Assembly (NCBI GenBank): GCA_018398765.1
Contig: JAHBMJ010000090.1
Location: 62,001 to 126,000, forward strand
From: Chromera velia
Taxonomy: Eukaryota
DNA: 64,000 bases
Direction of reading: 5' to 3'
Positions 1 to 16,699 of the stretch are shown here, one piece after another. Below the pieces are notes generated by a model that ran no database searches, was not told the DNA's origin, and worked only from the letters and a program-made list of their open reading frames with translations. Each line of letters begins with the position of its first letter. Position 1 is the stretch's first letter. A program made the position numbers and the translations under genes.

Positions 1-2961
<2,961 letters not shown>

Positions 2962-4072
2962 CGGTCAGGACACCCGCCCCCCAAAATTCTGCTACAAAAA
3001 CTCGGACTACCTCACGCTCGAACAGACAGCGAGGCACTCCAGCGCTTTTCCTCTCCTCGTTTCTCCTCTGGAGGAAATAAATTAGCTCCAAAGAACTCTA
3101 ACAGTAGATGTAAAGGCGAAAAGACAGAGAACCGAACAAACCCGGATGCCAGAGAGCAGAGCCAAGCTAGCTTGACGGAAGAGGCCAGCTAGGAGACGGC
3201 GAGACTGGCGCTCGTCATTTTTTCACAGCCACTCTCTCATCTGAAGGTTTTCGGCCCATTTCCGCAGCTTTCACGTCATCTCTCCCCGTCTGCTTGGCAC
3301 TGTAGACTGCGCTCTCCACACAGAACGCCGTCATTCACCAAAATGAGAGGCCGCTGGACCGACAGACGCATCCATGGAACTCCGTTCTGAAGAACACACA
3401 AGACACTCGGTGCGAGGAAGCCATTTCATGTAGGACACCTTGATACGGGCAGTGGCATCACTACAGGCGACTTTGCAGTATGTTGCTGGAGTACAAAGGT
3501 TTCCATTCTGCCGCAATTTCCGCGTGTAAGATCGTTTAAGTGGGTTCGTAATGGCCCTTCTGTATTCTGTATATGCATGCAGTGCTGTGTGTTGTTCTGA
3601 TTTTTCCTGTTCGTATCCCGCAGCGGATTTTCGAGTTGACGGAAAATTCAGTGAAAATCCCCCGAATTTTCATGAATTTTCAGTGTTTTCATGGATTTTG
3701 CGGTTTTTTTCGGGGGAGAAAAAGGGAAAGTTCCGCGGAGAAACTCAAATTGCGCCCGGCCCATGCACCCAGAAGTCCATGCGTGCGTCAAATGCCACTT
3801 GACGGTCCGATGTGTGCTTTGATGTTTGCGTTCCTTCACGTAGGTGACGTCCACTTCCTCCATTCTCCTCTATCTATCTCTCCTCCTCAGCGTTTCAGTC
3901 AGTCGCCTGCTTCGAAGCTTGGGTTGGTGTGTCCAATTCCGGAGTATCTCTCTGTTCAACAGTCTGCCTGTAGAGGGAGACGCTTACTGTTGTTTTTCTG
4001 CTTGTGCCTTCTTTGTGACGCAACGAAGCGGCTTTGATATCGAAGAAGAGGATCAAACAGATGTAAAGGACG

Positions 4073-5155
4073 ATGTTCCTTGTGATTTCAGCATTTTTTT
4101 TACTTCTTGCTTCTTCATACCAGAGCGGAAGTGCCTTCTTTCTCTCTCCCAAGAGCCCGAGCGAAGGGAGACGGCAGGTCCCTTTCGAACGGTCCTTTGC
4201 CCCTGCTTCTTGGCTCTTTGCCGAGGAGGGGGGCGCCGAAGCAGCTGGGTCGACAGCAGTTGCTGAGCCTTCAACCGATAGCTCAGATGCTGCTGCCGAG
4301 GCTGGAGAGGCTGCGGAGTCTAAAGGGAAAAGAGGGGGGGCGATAAGGAGGAGGACAAGCTCTCGTAGATGGAAAGCCCAGAAGGGCGCGAGATACCCAC
4401 GAGACGGGGGGACGGGAAGGCCTGGGTGGGCGACTATGTACAATGCAAAGTACAAAAGCCGTCCGCTGATTCCCGTTGACGGCCGTCTCGACCTGATGGA
4501 TGGTTCGATTGCGAAACAAATGTACTTCGTTGATAAGCCAAAGAACAGGACGATGATTTATCCTTTTGAGGACATCGTTCGTGAAGCCAGAGGGAAGTAC
4601 GCTGACGACGCGGAGAAGCTGGAGATCATCAACAAGAACGCAGAGGATTTCAACAAGACACTCACCCATCGGAAGAAGCGAATGGAACTGCTGAGTCACG
4701 CGATGAAGCGCCACGGGTTGAGCCTCCGGGCCGATTCTTACGATAACCGTGCGTTCATTTTTTACAACGCACGGACGGTCAAATCGACCGTGTACAAGGC
4801 TTACGTCAATGACCTTGTCACGCGTCGGTGCGGAATCCGGCCGAGGTGGCAGGAGTATTGTAGAGAGAAACTGAACATTACAGACTTCGACAGTTTACCT
4901 TTGAAGCGGAAACTCGAATTGAATCCCCGGAAGGATAGGTTTTACCACGAAGCGTACCTGACGCACACACGTGCACACCCGGAAGATGTCTTCCGCTGGC
5001 TTTCATATGAAGCGTGGAAAAACGGAACGACCACGAGGATAGGCGGAGGGAAGGGGAAGGACAAAAGAGTGAAGACAGGTGATGACCTTGATCTGTCTGA
5101 CCTTCCCGTAGAAATGATGGACAACGCATTTAAGAGGGCAGAATTTGGAGACTAG
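4073..5155 (+). CDS. Intronless 360-aa protein of unknown function with signal peptide and probable plastid transit peptide
   Basis: Long unbroken ORF. Hydrophobic N-terminus MFLVISAFFLLLASSYQSGSA followed by F-F-L-S-P (Phe at +1 after a G-S-A cleavage site) and an S/R/P-rich stretch. The remainder has globular, basic composition. Confidence 0.8.
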   Translation: MFLVISAFFLLLASSYQSGSAFFLSPKSPSEGRRQVPFERSFAPASWLFAEEGGAEAAGSTAVAEPSTDSSDAAAEAGEAAESKGKRGGAIRRRTSSRRWKAQKGARYPRDGGTGRPGWATMYNAKYKSRPLIPVDGRLDLMDGSIAKQMYFVDKPKNRTMIYPFEDIVREARGKYADDAEKLEIINKNAEDFNKTLTHRKKRMELLSHAMKRHGLSLRADSYDNRAFIFYNARTVKSTVYKAYVNDLVTRRCGIRPRWQEYCREKLNITDFDSLPLKRKLELNPRKDRFYHEAYLTHTRAHPEDVFRWLSYEAWKNGTTTRIGGGKGKDKRVKTGDDLDLSDLPVEMMDNAFKRAEFGD

Positions 5156-6108
5156 AGGCAACTGGGGGGGGGCAGAGAAAGAGTGAGCATGTTTTTTATC
5201 TTCGACGTGAGTCTGACGGCGGGGGGGAAACCGAGGTTGTGAAGAGAGGACTTTCGAAGCCCTCTCTGTTGTCGATCACTCCTGTATGCAGTGGCTTGAT
5301 GATCATTAATTTTTTTGCTTGCTGTCTTCACCAGCACTACTACGTCGCCTAGCACCAGCAAGATGGATAGTCAATTCACAGTTTGAATTACAGTCTTTTG
5401 GTGTTACATATAGTTTATGTCGCTAAAAAATTCGCTTTAAGCTATATAGGCGTCAGCTAAAGAAAAAAAAAAAGATTGCCCCATGTAACTAGCGCCCTTA
5501 CACCAATCCTGTAGTGTTGCATAAAGTTGAATGTGTAACAATTGCCCCTGACCCCCCCTTTGTTACACATATAAAAATGCGTAACAATTAGTGCGCAATA
5601 ATTCCAGACAAAATTTTTGATACCGTCTCTCTCATCCCCCGTGCTCCCGCCTTTACCCTTTTACCCCTGGCACCACTGCCTCCAGTGCCCAAAAATTCTC
5701 CCTGCCGCGTTGCTGACGAGACCATTGCCCCAAAAGCAGTATCTTCAAACCGTCGTGAAGAAGAAAAAGAAAACGAAGATGAAACCTAGAATTAATATAC
5801 ACTAAAGTGTGTAATAATGCATTCCTAAAAGTGATGGTTTAAATTATAATCAGAGTTATTAAAGTGTTTAGCCAATATATTTAGCCAAAGTTTGAACCTT
5901 CAGTTAGATTTTAGCCAAATATATTCAAATATAAACGGAAGCACAAATACTTGAAAAATGTGTGTTTCATTCTTTAAAAAATTGTTTATTTCCCACCAAA
6001 GTTGCGAATATAGTAGCAAATATAATGGCAACATTGCAAGTTTTTAGGCAACTTTGCACCAAATTGTCTTTATATGGCCCATTACATTAACTGTATTGAA
6101 TTTTCCTA

Positions 6109-6679
6109 CACTGGAACTATAGTGTGTCACAATGAGAATTTCTAGAACCTTTTGTGTCACAATGATTTGTGACACAATAATTGTGATTTTAAGAACTTTC
6201 GACTGATTTAATTAAATCACACTTATGTGTGAAAAAAATAGTTATAGATCACGTGTTTTTGGTATTTGACGTGGCTTGACATGCATTAGGGGGCAGTGGA
6301 GCGGCAGTGGCATAGCCGTATAGCCGTATAGTTAAGACTCCGCTTAAGGACTCCACACATGCACGTGAGAGTGTTAGAGTGAAATAAGTGAATGTGAGTG
6401 AGGTGATAGAGTCACGGTGAGTGATTAAGTGATCGAGGTGACTGAATGACTGAATGTAGAAGAACAATCTGAACTTCAACGACTCTAAATTGAAGTCCTA
6501 AAACATCAGATCACTTTAAAAGTTTAGGTTCACTTGAATTTTTGTTTAACAATTTCATTACACCTAAGTTACTCTAACTATTTTATCACATCTATTGTAA
6601 CACAATTATTTGTGTCACTAGTACTAGTATAGAGGGTATTGTATCACAATTTAAATTGTATCACACTATAGTTTCAGTG
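6109..6679. mobile_element. MITE with ~25-bp TIRs and TA TSD
   Basis: CACTGGAACTATAGTGTGTCACAAT ... ATTGTATCACACTATAGTTTCAGTG, flanked by TA on each side. Confidence 0.85.
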
Positions 6680-6686
6680 TAAATTT

Positions 6687-8528
6687 CCCTATAAAATGAG
6701 CAGTCAAAATGGCTAGTGATGGCCAGTTAACTGTCCATTTTTCCTGGTAATTTTAGAAAGTCAACTAGCCATAATTTTTAAATTTAAATGGCCAGTGGTA
6801 TGTATCTCAAGATCTATATGGCGTATGAAGCTAAAAATTGGTTTACAAAGTGGGCTTAAAGTGCCTAGAACGAAGTACCAGCTTTTAAAAGTGTCCTGGA
6901 CTGCCTGGTGGTGCCAGGACGACTCGGGTCGGATCATGGCGACACCAGTATGGACTCAGGCATTCCACATGCACCGATACGACGCGGGCCCTAAGGCTTC
7001 TTGCAGGTATTTGAGTACCGGAATTAGCCGGGATCTTGGTCTTCATACGCTGTCACTACCTTGTAGATGAATTGACTTTGGGATATGGATGTTGTCTTGT
7101 AGCTGCTGTTCTGTAGCTTGAGTTCGTCCTGTCGCATGAACTCAGTCTGTTTGCATATTACGTTTGATTCTCTGTCAAGTGCGGGGATGAAAACGACTGT
7201 TCTGAAGAGGGATTGGATTTAAATTTAGAGGGAATGTGCGGATTAGGTTGATCAAGGTATCTTGATGATCTTTATTTAAAACCTTCTGAACCTTCTAGAG
7301 TCAATCAGTTTAGGACAGAGTCTTCTGCCGTCATCTAGCTTAGCCTCTTGAATGTCATGACTAGCTCATGATATGAGCATGTGTCCTGGACTGCCTGGCG
7401 GCGCCAGGACGACTCGGGTCGGATGGCAACGTCAGTGTACGTGGACTCAGGCATTCCACATGCGCCAGGACGGGCGCGGGCCTTGTGGTAGGTGCCGAGA
7501 TCTGCCGGGGTCTAAGCCTTTACACACGGTTTGCATGCGTCACTTAGCCAATTCGGTATTTGAATTTATGTGAAGCGTTGCAGAGAGACTGGAAGCAACG
7601 TTAGGACATAGATGATCGTTCAGTTGTTCTAGCCAGCGGATGACAGTTGTTGAGAGTTGTTGAGAAGTTTAAAGGATGTTAAGAGAGTTGTGATGTTAAG
7701 AGATTGATTAAGACTTAGAGATAGGCTTATACGTTAACAAACTATATTCGTTTACTTCTTAGTAGATCGATTCATGTTGATTTAGGACACAAACTCCATC
7801 TCAAAGCAATAACCTTCTAGCAAGTCAGCTTCTCTCCTTGTACACCGCCACCAACTTCCCCCTAGACAAATAGTACTTCGTTATAAAAGCTTATTCCGAG
7901 TATTTTTTACTCTGACACAAAATGGCCCGTTGAAAAAAAATTGCCACTAAAAATGGCCACTGGCCAAAAAAATAGCTAGTCAACTAGCCTTTTTCTGAAA
8001 ATGACCAGTGACCATTTTGGAAAGTCAACTAGCAATTTTTACTAGCATTTTCAAAATGGTCAGTGGTATGTATCTCAAGATCTATATGGTGTATAGAACT
8101 AAAAATTAGTAAACAAAGCAGGCTTAAAGTGCCTAGAAAGAAGCACTAGCTTTTGAAGGCTTATTCTAAGTATTTTTCACTCTAACACAAAATGGCTAGT
8201 GAGGTCGATTTCAAAAAAAAAAATGGTCACTAGCTAAAATTTACTTAATAAATTTTGGCCACTAGCCATTTTTTTTAAGAAATCGACCTAACTAGCCATT
8301 TTGTGTCAGACTAAAAAATACTTGCAATAAGCTTTTAAAAGCTAGTGTTTCCTTCTAAGCACTTTGAGCCCGCTTTGTATACCAATTTTTAGCTCCATAC
8401 GCCATATAGATCTTGAGATACATACCACTAGCCATTTTGAAAATGGCTAGTTGACTTTTTAAAATGGCCAGTAAAAATAAACAGTTGACTGGCCATCACT
8501 AGCCATTTCGACTGTCCATTTTATAGGG
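6687..8528. mobile_element. TIR element with ~200-bp terminal inverted repeats (CCC...GGG termini)
   Basis: CCCTATAAAATGAGCAGTCAAAATGGCTAGTGATGGCCAG at left; near-perfect reverse complement ending at 8528. A third internal copy (~8050-8200) makes 8050-8450 a long palindrome. TTT on both flanks. Confidence 0.85.
6892..7885. mobile_element. Probable solo LTR inserted in the left TIR arm of 6687-8528
   Basis: Starts TGT and ends ATA (ACA with C>T). 4-bp TSD AAAG (6888-6891, 7886-7889). Removing it restores the host sequence seen in the internal copy at ~8150. Its first ~90 bp recur at 7382. Confidence 0.6.
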
Positions 8529-9398
8529 TTTATCAACATTTTTTCCTGTTACTATGACTCTTTGAGTCTTTGACACACTTAATTGCTTCTGTCCAAACCG
8601 AAGAAAGCTTCACCCAACACAGCTCTCAATATATATCCAAATATATCCAAAAGTTTAGATATAGCCAAAATTTTGCCTTCGGTTATAGGTATGGATAGAT
8701 ATATTGAAAAGTTTAACAACTTTGGAATCAATGCACACTAAATTAACTGTGTACTTAATACATTCCTAAAAGTGATAGTTTGAATTAATGCATACTAAAG
8801 TATGTACTAATTTATTCATCAAAATTCTATTAAAATGTGTAACAAAACAATGTGTAACAAAATATTTTGAAAAAAGTAATTGTGTAACCCTACAGGATTG
8901 ATATAAGCACCCCAAACCCTTCGGTTTTTTTTTTCTGTTTTTTTTCTTTATTAGTTAAACAATTGTTATTCAAGTGTTGCACAAGTGTTGTTTATATGTT
9001 ACATAACTGTTGTTAAGTGTTGTTCACAGTAAAAAGATAAAAAAGAAAGGGGAAAAAAAGATGTCCTCTGATCGCCTTTTTTTTTTTTTTCTTTAGCGGC
9101 AATTTCCGCCGGCAAACTTTAGCCGATGCTTAGTTACTTTAAATGCTATGGTCTAAAAGATATATAACTTCAAAGTTTTGAATCGTTTAGCTGCTACTTA
9201 ATTTAAAAGTTTTTTAGCTAGTTTATGTAAAATTTAATTCTTTAGCGTTGTTTTTTCATACACTAATTTTTTTCATTTTTTAAATATTTAATGCAATATG
9301 AGCACTGTTACGTGGACCTAGTGTATCATTTATATTTTGAGAATTAATGAAGCCCTCGATGAGAATGATGACAAAACGTAACGCGGCAGCGCGTCATA

Positions 9399-10577
9399 CA
9401 GATGTGCATGGACCAATTAGAACCCGCCGCCAGACCTCAACCGGCTCAAAAATTTCGAGGGAAAAAGGAACAGCCCTCTATTCCCTTTTCCCTCCTGAAC
9501 TCAAACTAAGAACCCTAGGAGACGTCAGTTCGCCTCTTTAGACTCTCTCTAGCTGCTTGGTATAGAAAAAACGACTCCCAGACTCACAGGGAGTCCAAAG
9601 AACGGACGTCTGAGGTCTGACACCTAAAGAGGCCAAAGTGGCCTTCCTGGACTCAGAAGTTCAGAAAGGGCTGTGGTACACCAATGATGATAAAATGCAT
9701 ACCAACACGCCCCATCTAGTCCAGGTAACTTAGTTCCAACAGGGGATAAGGAATGGTTGATGCACTGTGGACTTCAACTGACAAGTCTGCTCATGAACAG
9801 AAAGATACACTCCAGATGGCGCCCTATGTCAAATTGCCGGAAGGGCTTTTTCCTTCTTGAGCACTTTAAACCTGCAGCCATCGCACAAAAGTACTGCCCA
9901 ACACTCATATGCTCCTGTCTGGAGGGAAAGAGCAGGACAGAACCACTTACCGGGGAAGCTGGAGGTCGATTAATACCCCTGAGACGCCAATTCTCTACAA
10001 CAGGAACACAAAACAATCTCGCCTTCCCACAACCAGCAGACTCACCAGGAACCTATCCTGCTGGCCTGGGAGGATGACAACAGACACAGGGCATTGGGCA
10101 AAATTGCTGGGGATCGATTCTGCGGCCTCCTGGTAGAAAGAAGGAATGTTGCTTTGGAGGCCTGGGAGGTACTTTCCTGACTGGTCCAGACTGGAGCTAC
10201 CAGACATGCCAAAGCAGATCAACTGCGCCACAAGACTTCACCCCGACACAGAGGCAAGCTGTCTAGTATCAGGGGAGCGGAATTATGCCAGTTTGACTAT
10301 CGGTACTGCTCTACACAGCAAGGTAGACAGGAAGGGACGAGAGGACGAAATGACCCTTCCCTGTGTGTTGGTGTGCTTTTTGAGCAGTCTGAGCACAATT
10401 TCAGGATTTTGAGAGTGGCTCCGGAAAGTTTTGGCCCAAATTCTTGCACCAACGCACTCAGCGGCCTCTGGGGACCAATTTGGTACCTTTCTGGGCCTCG
10501 GGCGCCGCCGGAATCGCGCGGACCGGCTTAACCGGCTCAAAAATTTCAGACCCTTCTAATTGGTCCATGCACATCTG
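9399..10577. mobile_element. Tc1/mariner-type DNA transposon, degenerate
   Basis: Perfect 24-bp TIR CAGATGTGCATGGACCAATTAGAA with TA TSD. Interior has only faint + strand transposase-like remnants (PDGALCQ ~9810; QPADSP ~10030). Confidence 0.85.
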
Positions 10578-10902
10578 TATAACCACCTTCCATGTTGCAA
10601 AATAGAAATTAAAATGCATGTAAGGCAAGGTGTAACAAGATGTGGTTACACTGTGGTCTAAACTGTGGTATTGAATACTAGTATCGATTAACCTAGAGCA
10701 GAACTTCGGAATAGACTTAAACTTTATAGATGAAAAGCGCAGAACTTAGGCTGAACTTGAATCTCTTAAAAAGTTTCAGTCAATAGTGACAGGGGTGTAA
10801 CTTTGAATCCTATGCGTAGTTTTGTACTTAACTGGGTACTTGTACTTGCGTTTAGACTTGCGTGTTGCATGGTTGATCTGTTTCATTCCTTTCTTCAAGT
10901 TC

Positions 10903-13900
10903 TCATCTGCGGGAAGACGACGCTGTCGCAATACCCCGAAGAATTTTGAAGAAGCTGAAAGACAAAAGACCAAACAGAATGATCGCAACAACCAGAACTA
11001 GCAGGAGCTCGACCATCACGTCACTCGTAGACATGCCACCCTCATCACTCCCCCCCTCGCCACTTCCTGCGAACATCCGTACTCTTCTGATGAAGTTTTG
11101 AACCGTCTCGTTTTCTTCTTCCTCCGTTTCCTCCCACCACCACCGGCCTCCGGTAATTCGCAGAGAGCCCGAGTCTCCTGCTCCATCGGGAGAGCTCCGT
11201 GCGCCCGCCCCTGACCGTTCTCTCGTCCCTCCTCCTTCCCTCGCACGTCCCTGCCGACCGCGGAGGCACGGGCGCTCGTCATCAGCCTCGTATTCCCAAT
11301 TTTCAGGGAGCCAGTCGAAGTGCGCTTCTGTAAGCTTACGCGAGTCTTTGCCAGTGCCACGTCGGATAGGAAACCAGCAAATGCTCGGACCCGCCCCTCC
11401 GTCCCCCCTCTCCTCTCTCCACCCCCGGAGTCTGTCTGCGTCCGTCTCTTCCTCAACGTGCTGACGCCACACGCCCCGCACCCGCCGACCGACAATCGAA
11501 TCAGCTCGGTTCCCCGGAACCCTCAGAGACCCCCCCCCCCCCCCCCCAGTCGCAGCTGCATGCACCCCCTTTCCATCTAGGCTTCCAACGTAGCTGCCGT
11601 AAGAGACTCCCGATTTATTCGGGTGACGGAGGGCCAGTCTGTCCCATGAGCCCCCCGAGGGAGCCCCCAGGACTTCCCCTAGGCTCAGGGAGGGCGCTGC
11701 GAATGAGGCGCCCCCATGACGGCGGGAGTGGGCGACCATGAACCGAGAGAGAACGATGCCGATTTGGGAGTGAGATCGAACAAAGGCGAGGTCGCGTGCC
11801 GTCTGCCCAGTCTGCACACCCACACGCGAATAAATAATGACTTGACCACAAAAAGCCAAAACAGGATCCCAGTTGTGGATTCAAATGAGCCAACATAGGA
11901 CGAGGATTTGTGTCCATCACAACGACAGGAGAAAAGTGAAGAAGGCGGGCGGGTTTGGGGATGAGAGAGGCCATCACACCGGCATGCAAGTAGGCAGACA
12001 GACAGACAATGCCATTCTTCTCTTCTTCTTTTTGTGCTTTGCAGTTGGACAAGACAGGCAGTCCGACCAACAAAGAAAACGTGAAGCGGACAGATAGACA
12101 GCGGACTGAAAAGACAGAGAAGAAGAGAAAAACGACCACCCACTCACCAGAGTTTTGAGCAGGGGGTTGGCGCCTGCCGCCATCAAGAGGCGCGTCGTTG
12201 CGGCTGCCCCGCTCTCTGCGGCGTCGTGGAGCGCCGTGCGCCCATTCTGCATGCATGCCAGGCGCCATACAGGGTCCTTCTCATTCAATCACCGCACAGT
12301 CCAGAGAAACTGACTGACTACCCTCTTCTCCGGTACAGCGTAAGGCACCAAGCCACAAGAAGCAGACAGACCGATCCGAGAACAGCAAGCCAACATACGC
12401 AGGGGGGGGGGAAAGGGGGAGAGAGGGAGGAACGGAGAGATGATGGGGCTTTTGATTGACTGCACAAGACGAAGAGAAAGAAAGGAGAGTTTGAACTACG
12501 GGAGAAAGACAGTCTAAATTACAGTGACAGATAGATGGAGAGTGCTTTTCATTTTCTGCTTGTTGAAAGAAGGAACAAAACTGCTGCGCTCAGAAAAGGC
12601 GAACGACCGAAGAGACGAAAGTGTATCAGAAGATGATGAAGAAAATGATGCGCATGCCGTCACTTCAGAAAATTCAAAACAATGGCAGGAACAGACAGAA
12701 CTGTACTGCATGGGAATTGAAGCTGTGAGGCTAACCACCCTGCAGGGCCTGGGAGACTGACTGATTGCCTGATTCATGAACGATTGACCGACCTTTGCCT
12801 GTAGGTTCACCGCTGCCCCCGCTTTCAGCAGCAACAGGACGCAGTCTTGGTGACCCTTCCAAGCGGCAGCCATCAGCGCAGTCCGTTTATTCTGCAAGAT
12901 GATCGATCGATCGAGTTGCACGAACGCGGAGAAGGATCGAAGAGTGAAGAAGGAAGGAAGGAAACACTGCAGGGGCCTTTCTTCTCTGCACGGATGGGCT
13001 AGACGGGCTTGGACCGGCAACGAGGAACCGCTCACCGAAGGGGAGCAGAAGAAGAAAGAGCAAAATAAAAGCTTCGGAAGGGAAGTACGCATGCAGAAAA
13101 AGAGCGCGGACAATCAGAGAAAGACGGGGGAGAACGGGAAAGAGAAACAGCGAGAGAGCAGAAAAGATCATGAAATCAAAGACAAGGAAAGAATCATTCA
13201 GCCAGCCGCCCGACCGACCTCATCTCTTCTGTCGACGTCCACGCGTCCCTTCACCCGTGGCCGTTCGAGAAGAGCTGCGACGACCCCTGTGTGCCCACCG
13301 GAGGCCGCCCTGTAGAGAGGAGCGACCCCGTGCTGCGATTCCAGGGCGGAAAGATACAACGACGATCCATCCATATGTCCATTCAAAGCTCTCTGCTTTA
13401 ATTTCTTTTTTCTTGGCTCAGCTCTCACTATCCCCCAGAAAAGCAGCTGAAAGACCGAATGGGCGTGGAAACTGGAAAAACGAAATGAAAGAAGAAAGAG
13501 CAGGGAGGGATACTTGTGGGAAAGGAAAAGCGTCATGGCAAATCAGAAAGAGAGAGGGAGAACCATATCTCTATACGTCAATCACGCGCTCTTTCACTCA
13601 CTCAATTGTTTTACCAACTCAATGCAGCAGCCCCTGCACGATCCCCGCACCCAGGAAGGAATCAAATTTCAGACAGCTGGACTGACAAGGCATTCACCCA
13701 CTCAATCTGACATTCATTCATTTACAGGCTGCATTGGCTGAGTGCCCGACTGACTGACTGACTGACTGACAGAGTCTCGAGCATCTGGTGCAGCCCCAGC
13801 CTCAAGGAGTGTTTCCACTACCTTCAGATATCCCTGTGCGGCTGCGTGTGACAGGGGCGTGACTCCACTCTGCAACAATGAACGCAATAGAATCCATAGA

Positions 13901-14999
13901 CAGACTCAATAGGGGGTCAGGGGGATCACACACAGAAAAAAGAAGGGGATCGCACACACTCACTCCCTCACTCTCACTTACTCACTCTCACTCACTCCCT
14001 CCCTCCCTCCCTCACTTCCTCACTGACTCACCGCATCCCTCGCGTCCACATCTGCATTCTCCCGCAAGAGATCGCGTACAGCCGGCACGCTCCCGGCACC
14101 TGCCGCGAGGTGGAGAGGCGTGGCGTGTCTCCGAGATCTGCAGTCGAAAATCGAGGGCAAGTTAATGGAGAAGAAGAGGGGCGCTGCATGGAAAAAGGAC
14201 TCAGGGAGTGAAAAGGAAGGGGAAAAAACGACGGAAAAATAGCACCTGTCAAGAAATAGGAAGAGAGCACACACACCACTGAAATAGAGAGACGTAGAAG
14301 CCATAGGTGCGCAAAAAAAGAACACAAAAAGCCGACGCACCCACCCACCCACCCACCCACGAACCTCAAGTTTGCCAGTTGGGGCACCCGTCGGATCACA
14401 GCACGAACGAAGTGGTGACCGCAGAAGCAGGCGGCAATGTGCAAAGCCGTGCAACCAGAACCCTGCGTGCGCGTGTGCATGTGCATATGCGTGTGCATGA
14501 GTGTGTGTGTGTGTCTGTGTGTGTGTGAGAGAGAGAGAGAGAGATGAAACAGCAACCAAGACCAAGGGAGGATCCCCATTTTCCCTCCTGAGACCAGACG
14601 AGTCAACCACATGCAGAGGAAAAAATGGAAAAGAGGAAAATGATCTATCCGCTCACAGTGAGAGAGAAGAGAGGCCGAATCGAGAGAACAACACAGAATG
14701 AAAAAAAAAAGACGACAAATTAACAAACGTAAAAAGAAAACGGGGGACAGAGGATTCAACATGATCACAAATATGCACGCAAAAGAAAGAATAATTCAGA
14801 GTCGATCATTCCTTTGCTGAATCAAGAACATGATCCTTCTACTATGATCCCACCCCACCCCGCCCACCCCCCCGACCAACCGACCAACCCCGGTTCGGAG
14901 GAAAGGGTTCGCCCCCCCATTGAGGAGCAGGAGGAACAGCCCGACTTCATCAGAGAACGACGCCATGTGCAGAGGGGTCAGTCCCTGAGACTGTACACG

Positions 15000-15034
<35 letters not shown>

Positions 15035-16655
15035 CCTCAAAAAGGCAGCAAGAAGACGAAAGAGACGCAGGAAGGTCGAGAGTCAACCAGACACACATGA
15101 ATGAACAACTGAAATTCCAAAGCAGAGGAGAGGAGGGGAGAGGAGAGAGCAAAAGAAGGAAAAGCTGGTTGCATGTCGACGCAATGCAACTATCTCAGGA
15201 AGGCGTTCCCAAAACCAAAACACAAACTTTTAATTCTTTTCGCCCTCAGCGCATGCACTGCTTCAGGCTACACAAGCCAACCTCTGTCGTCCTCGCGTTG
15301 ACGTCGGAGCCTTCTGCGATTAGCGCCCGTGCAGCCGGGAGGTTGCCCTCGAAGCAGGCGAGGTGGAGCGGGGTCTTTCCTCGCTGCAGAGAGAGAGACA
15401 GAGGTGTGCCGTGCGTGAGACCAGGCGGAGGACCAGGCGGGGTCGAATGAATTCGAAAGACCAGAAAGTGACACACAACCCACATAAACGTCTAGCCATC
15501 CAGCAAGAGACCCCCCAAGCATTTGACTGATGAATATGTCCTGCGTCTCGGTTTCCCTTCGACGACACGGCACCGAAGAATAAAGAGAAAGAAAGAAGAG
15601 GCCAAAGAAATGGGAGAAGGCCGTCCGACTAAAGGAGGCAACCCTCGAGAAATCAGACGAATGAAATTCACGAATGGAAGAAAAAGAACATAAAAAAGCA
15701 GGGGACACCTGAGAAAATTAGAAAGCAGGAGGAAAAGAGGGAGGTTATAAAAAAGAAGACTTCGACAATAGGTAAAAAAAGGACTTTAGGAAGCAATAGA
15801 AGTGTTTGATTGAAGGGGTAGAAACGAAAACCACAAGAAACTTTGTTTCTTCCTGCCTGCCTGACTGACTGACCCCATTTCTGACGCTCACGTCGGCTCC
15901 GTATTCGCAGAGAATCCGGATGACCTTTTCGCTAGCGTCCTGTCTCTTTCCAAGAGCCACTACATGCAGAGCCGTGTTACCGTCCCTCTGCTTCTTTGAG
16001 GGGTCTGCCCCCCGTCTGAGTAAGAGAGAAACCGTCCGCGCGTCCGTCTCCGATGCTGCCGTGATGAGCGGCGTGGATCCCGTCTGCATGCAAGAATCAG
16101 TCGAACGCCAGAGAGAGAAAAAGAAAGAGAGAGAGAGAGAGATCAAGGACTGATTTGTGGTTACGACAAGGCATGCGCCAAAAAGTTGGGAAGGACTTGA
16201 CTGGCAAGAAGTCAAGGGAACGACTTGACGTAGAAAGTTGGTGGAGCGAACATGAGAGAGAATGATGTCAGAAAGCCAGCCAGAAATCTATCACCGGTTC
16301 TATCGGTTTCCTCTCCTTATTTCGCTTCGTTTCGCTGATCTCCTGTTCTGTCCTCCATTCCGCAGAATTCTCGAAAAAGTGGAAACGACGGGAGAGGACT
16401 ATTAATTTCTTAAGAGTACCAACAGAAATTGTGATGACCAAAAAAATTCCTTTGCCACACCCAAGGGCGCATCAAAAGTTTCCGTGGGCCAAGAGGACGT
16501 GCGTGCGTCAAGAAAACAAATAGAAATTTCAATGACCAGAAAGTTTCCGACAGACCAACGGACGGAGACAACAAAAGAGGGAACAGTCAGGACAATTCTA
16601 TGCAAGAAAAAACTCGGTGGATGATGAACCATAAATCCAGCAGGGTTACAGACAC

Positions 16656-16699
<44 letters not shown>

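Larger units (their letters stand above)
5851..8724. mobile_element. hAT-like non-autonomous element nested in 5501-8904
   Basis: TIR CAGAGTTATTAAA versus CAAAGTTGTTAAA (rc of right end). Flanks aaattataat / gaatcaat resemble a decayed 8-bp TSD of GAATTAAT, which occurs in the unbroken host repeat at ~8782. Confidence 0.5.
5501..8904. mobile_element. Non-autonomous TIR element (TA-flanked)
   Basis: Left CACCAATCCTGTAGTGTTGCA versus reverse complement of right end TATCAATCCTGTAGGGTTACA. TA on both flanks; TGTGTAACAA motifs near both ends. Confidence 0.65.
5447..9133. mobile_element. MITE of the (C)TAGGCG(T)CGGCTAAAG(A)n family, outermost shell of a nested cluster
   Basis: Left end TAGGCGTCAGCTAAAGAAAAAAAA (5447); right end CTTTAGCCGATGCTTAG (~9117-9133). 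Internal 8925-9030 is the reverse complement of the interior of the intact copy at 32588-32815. TSD not preserved. Confidence 0.6.
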
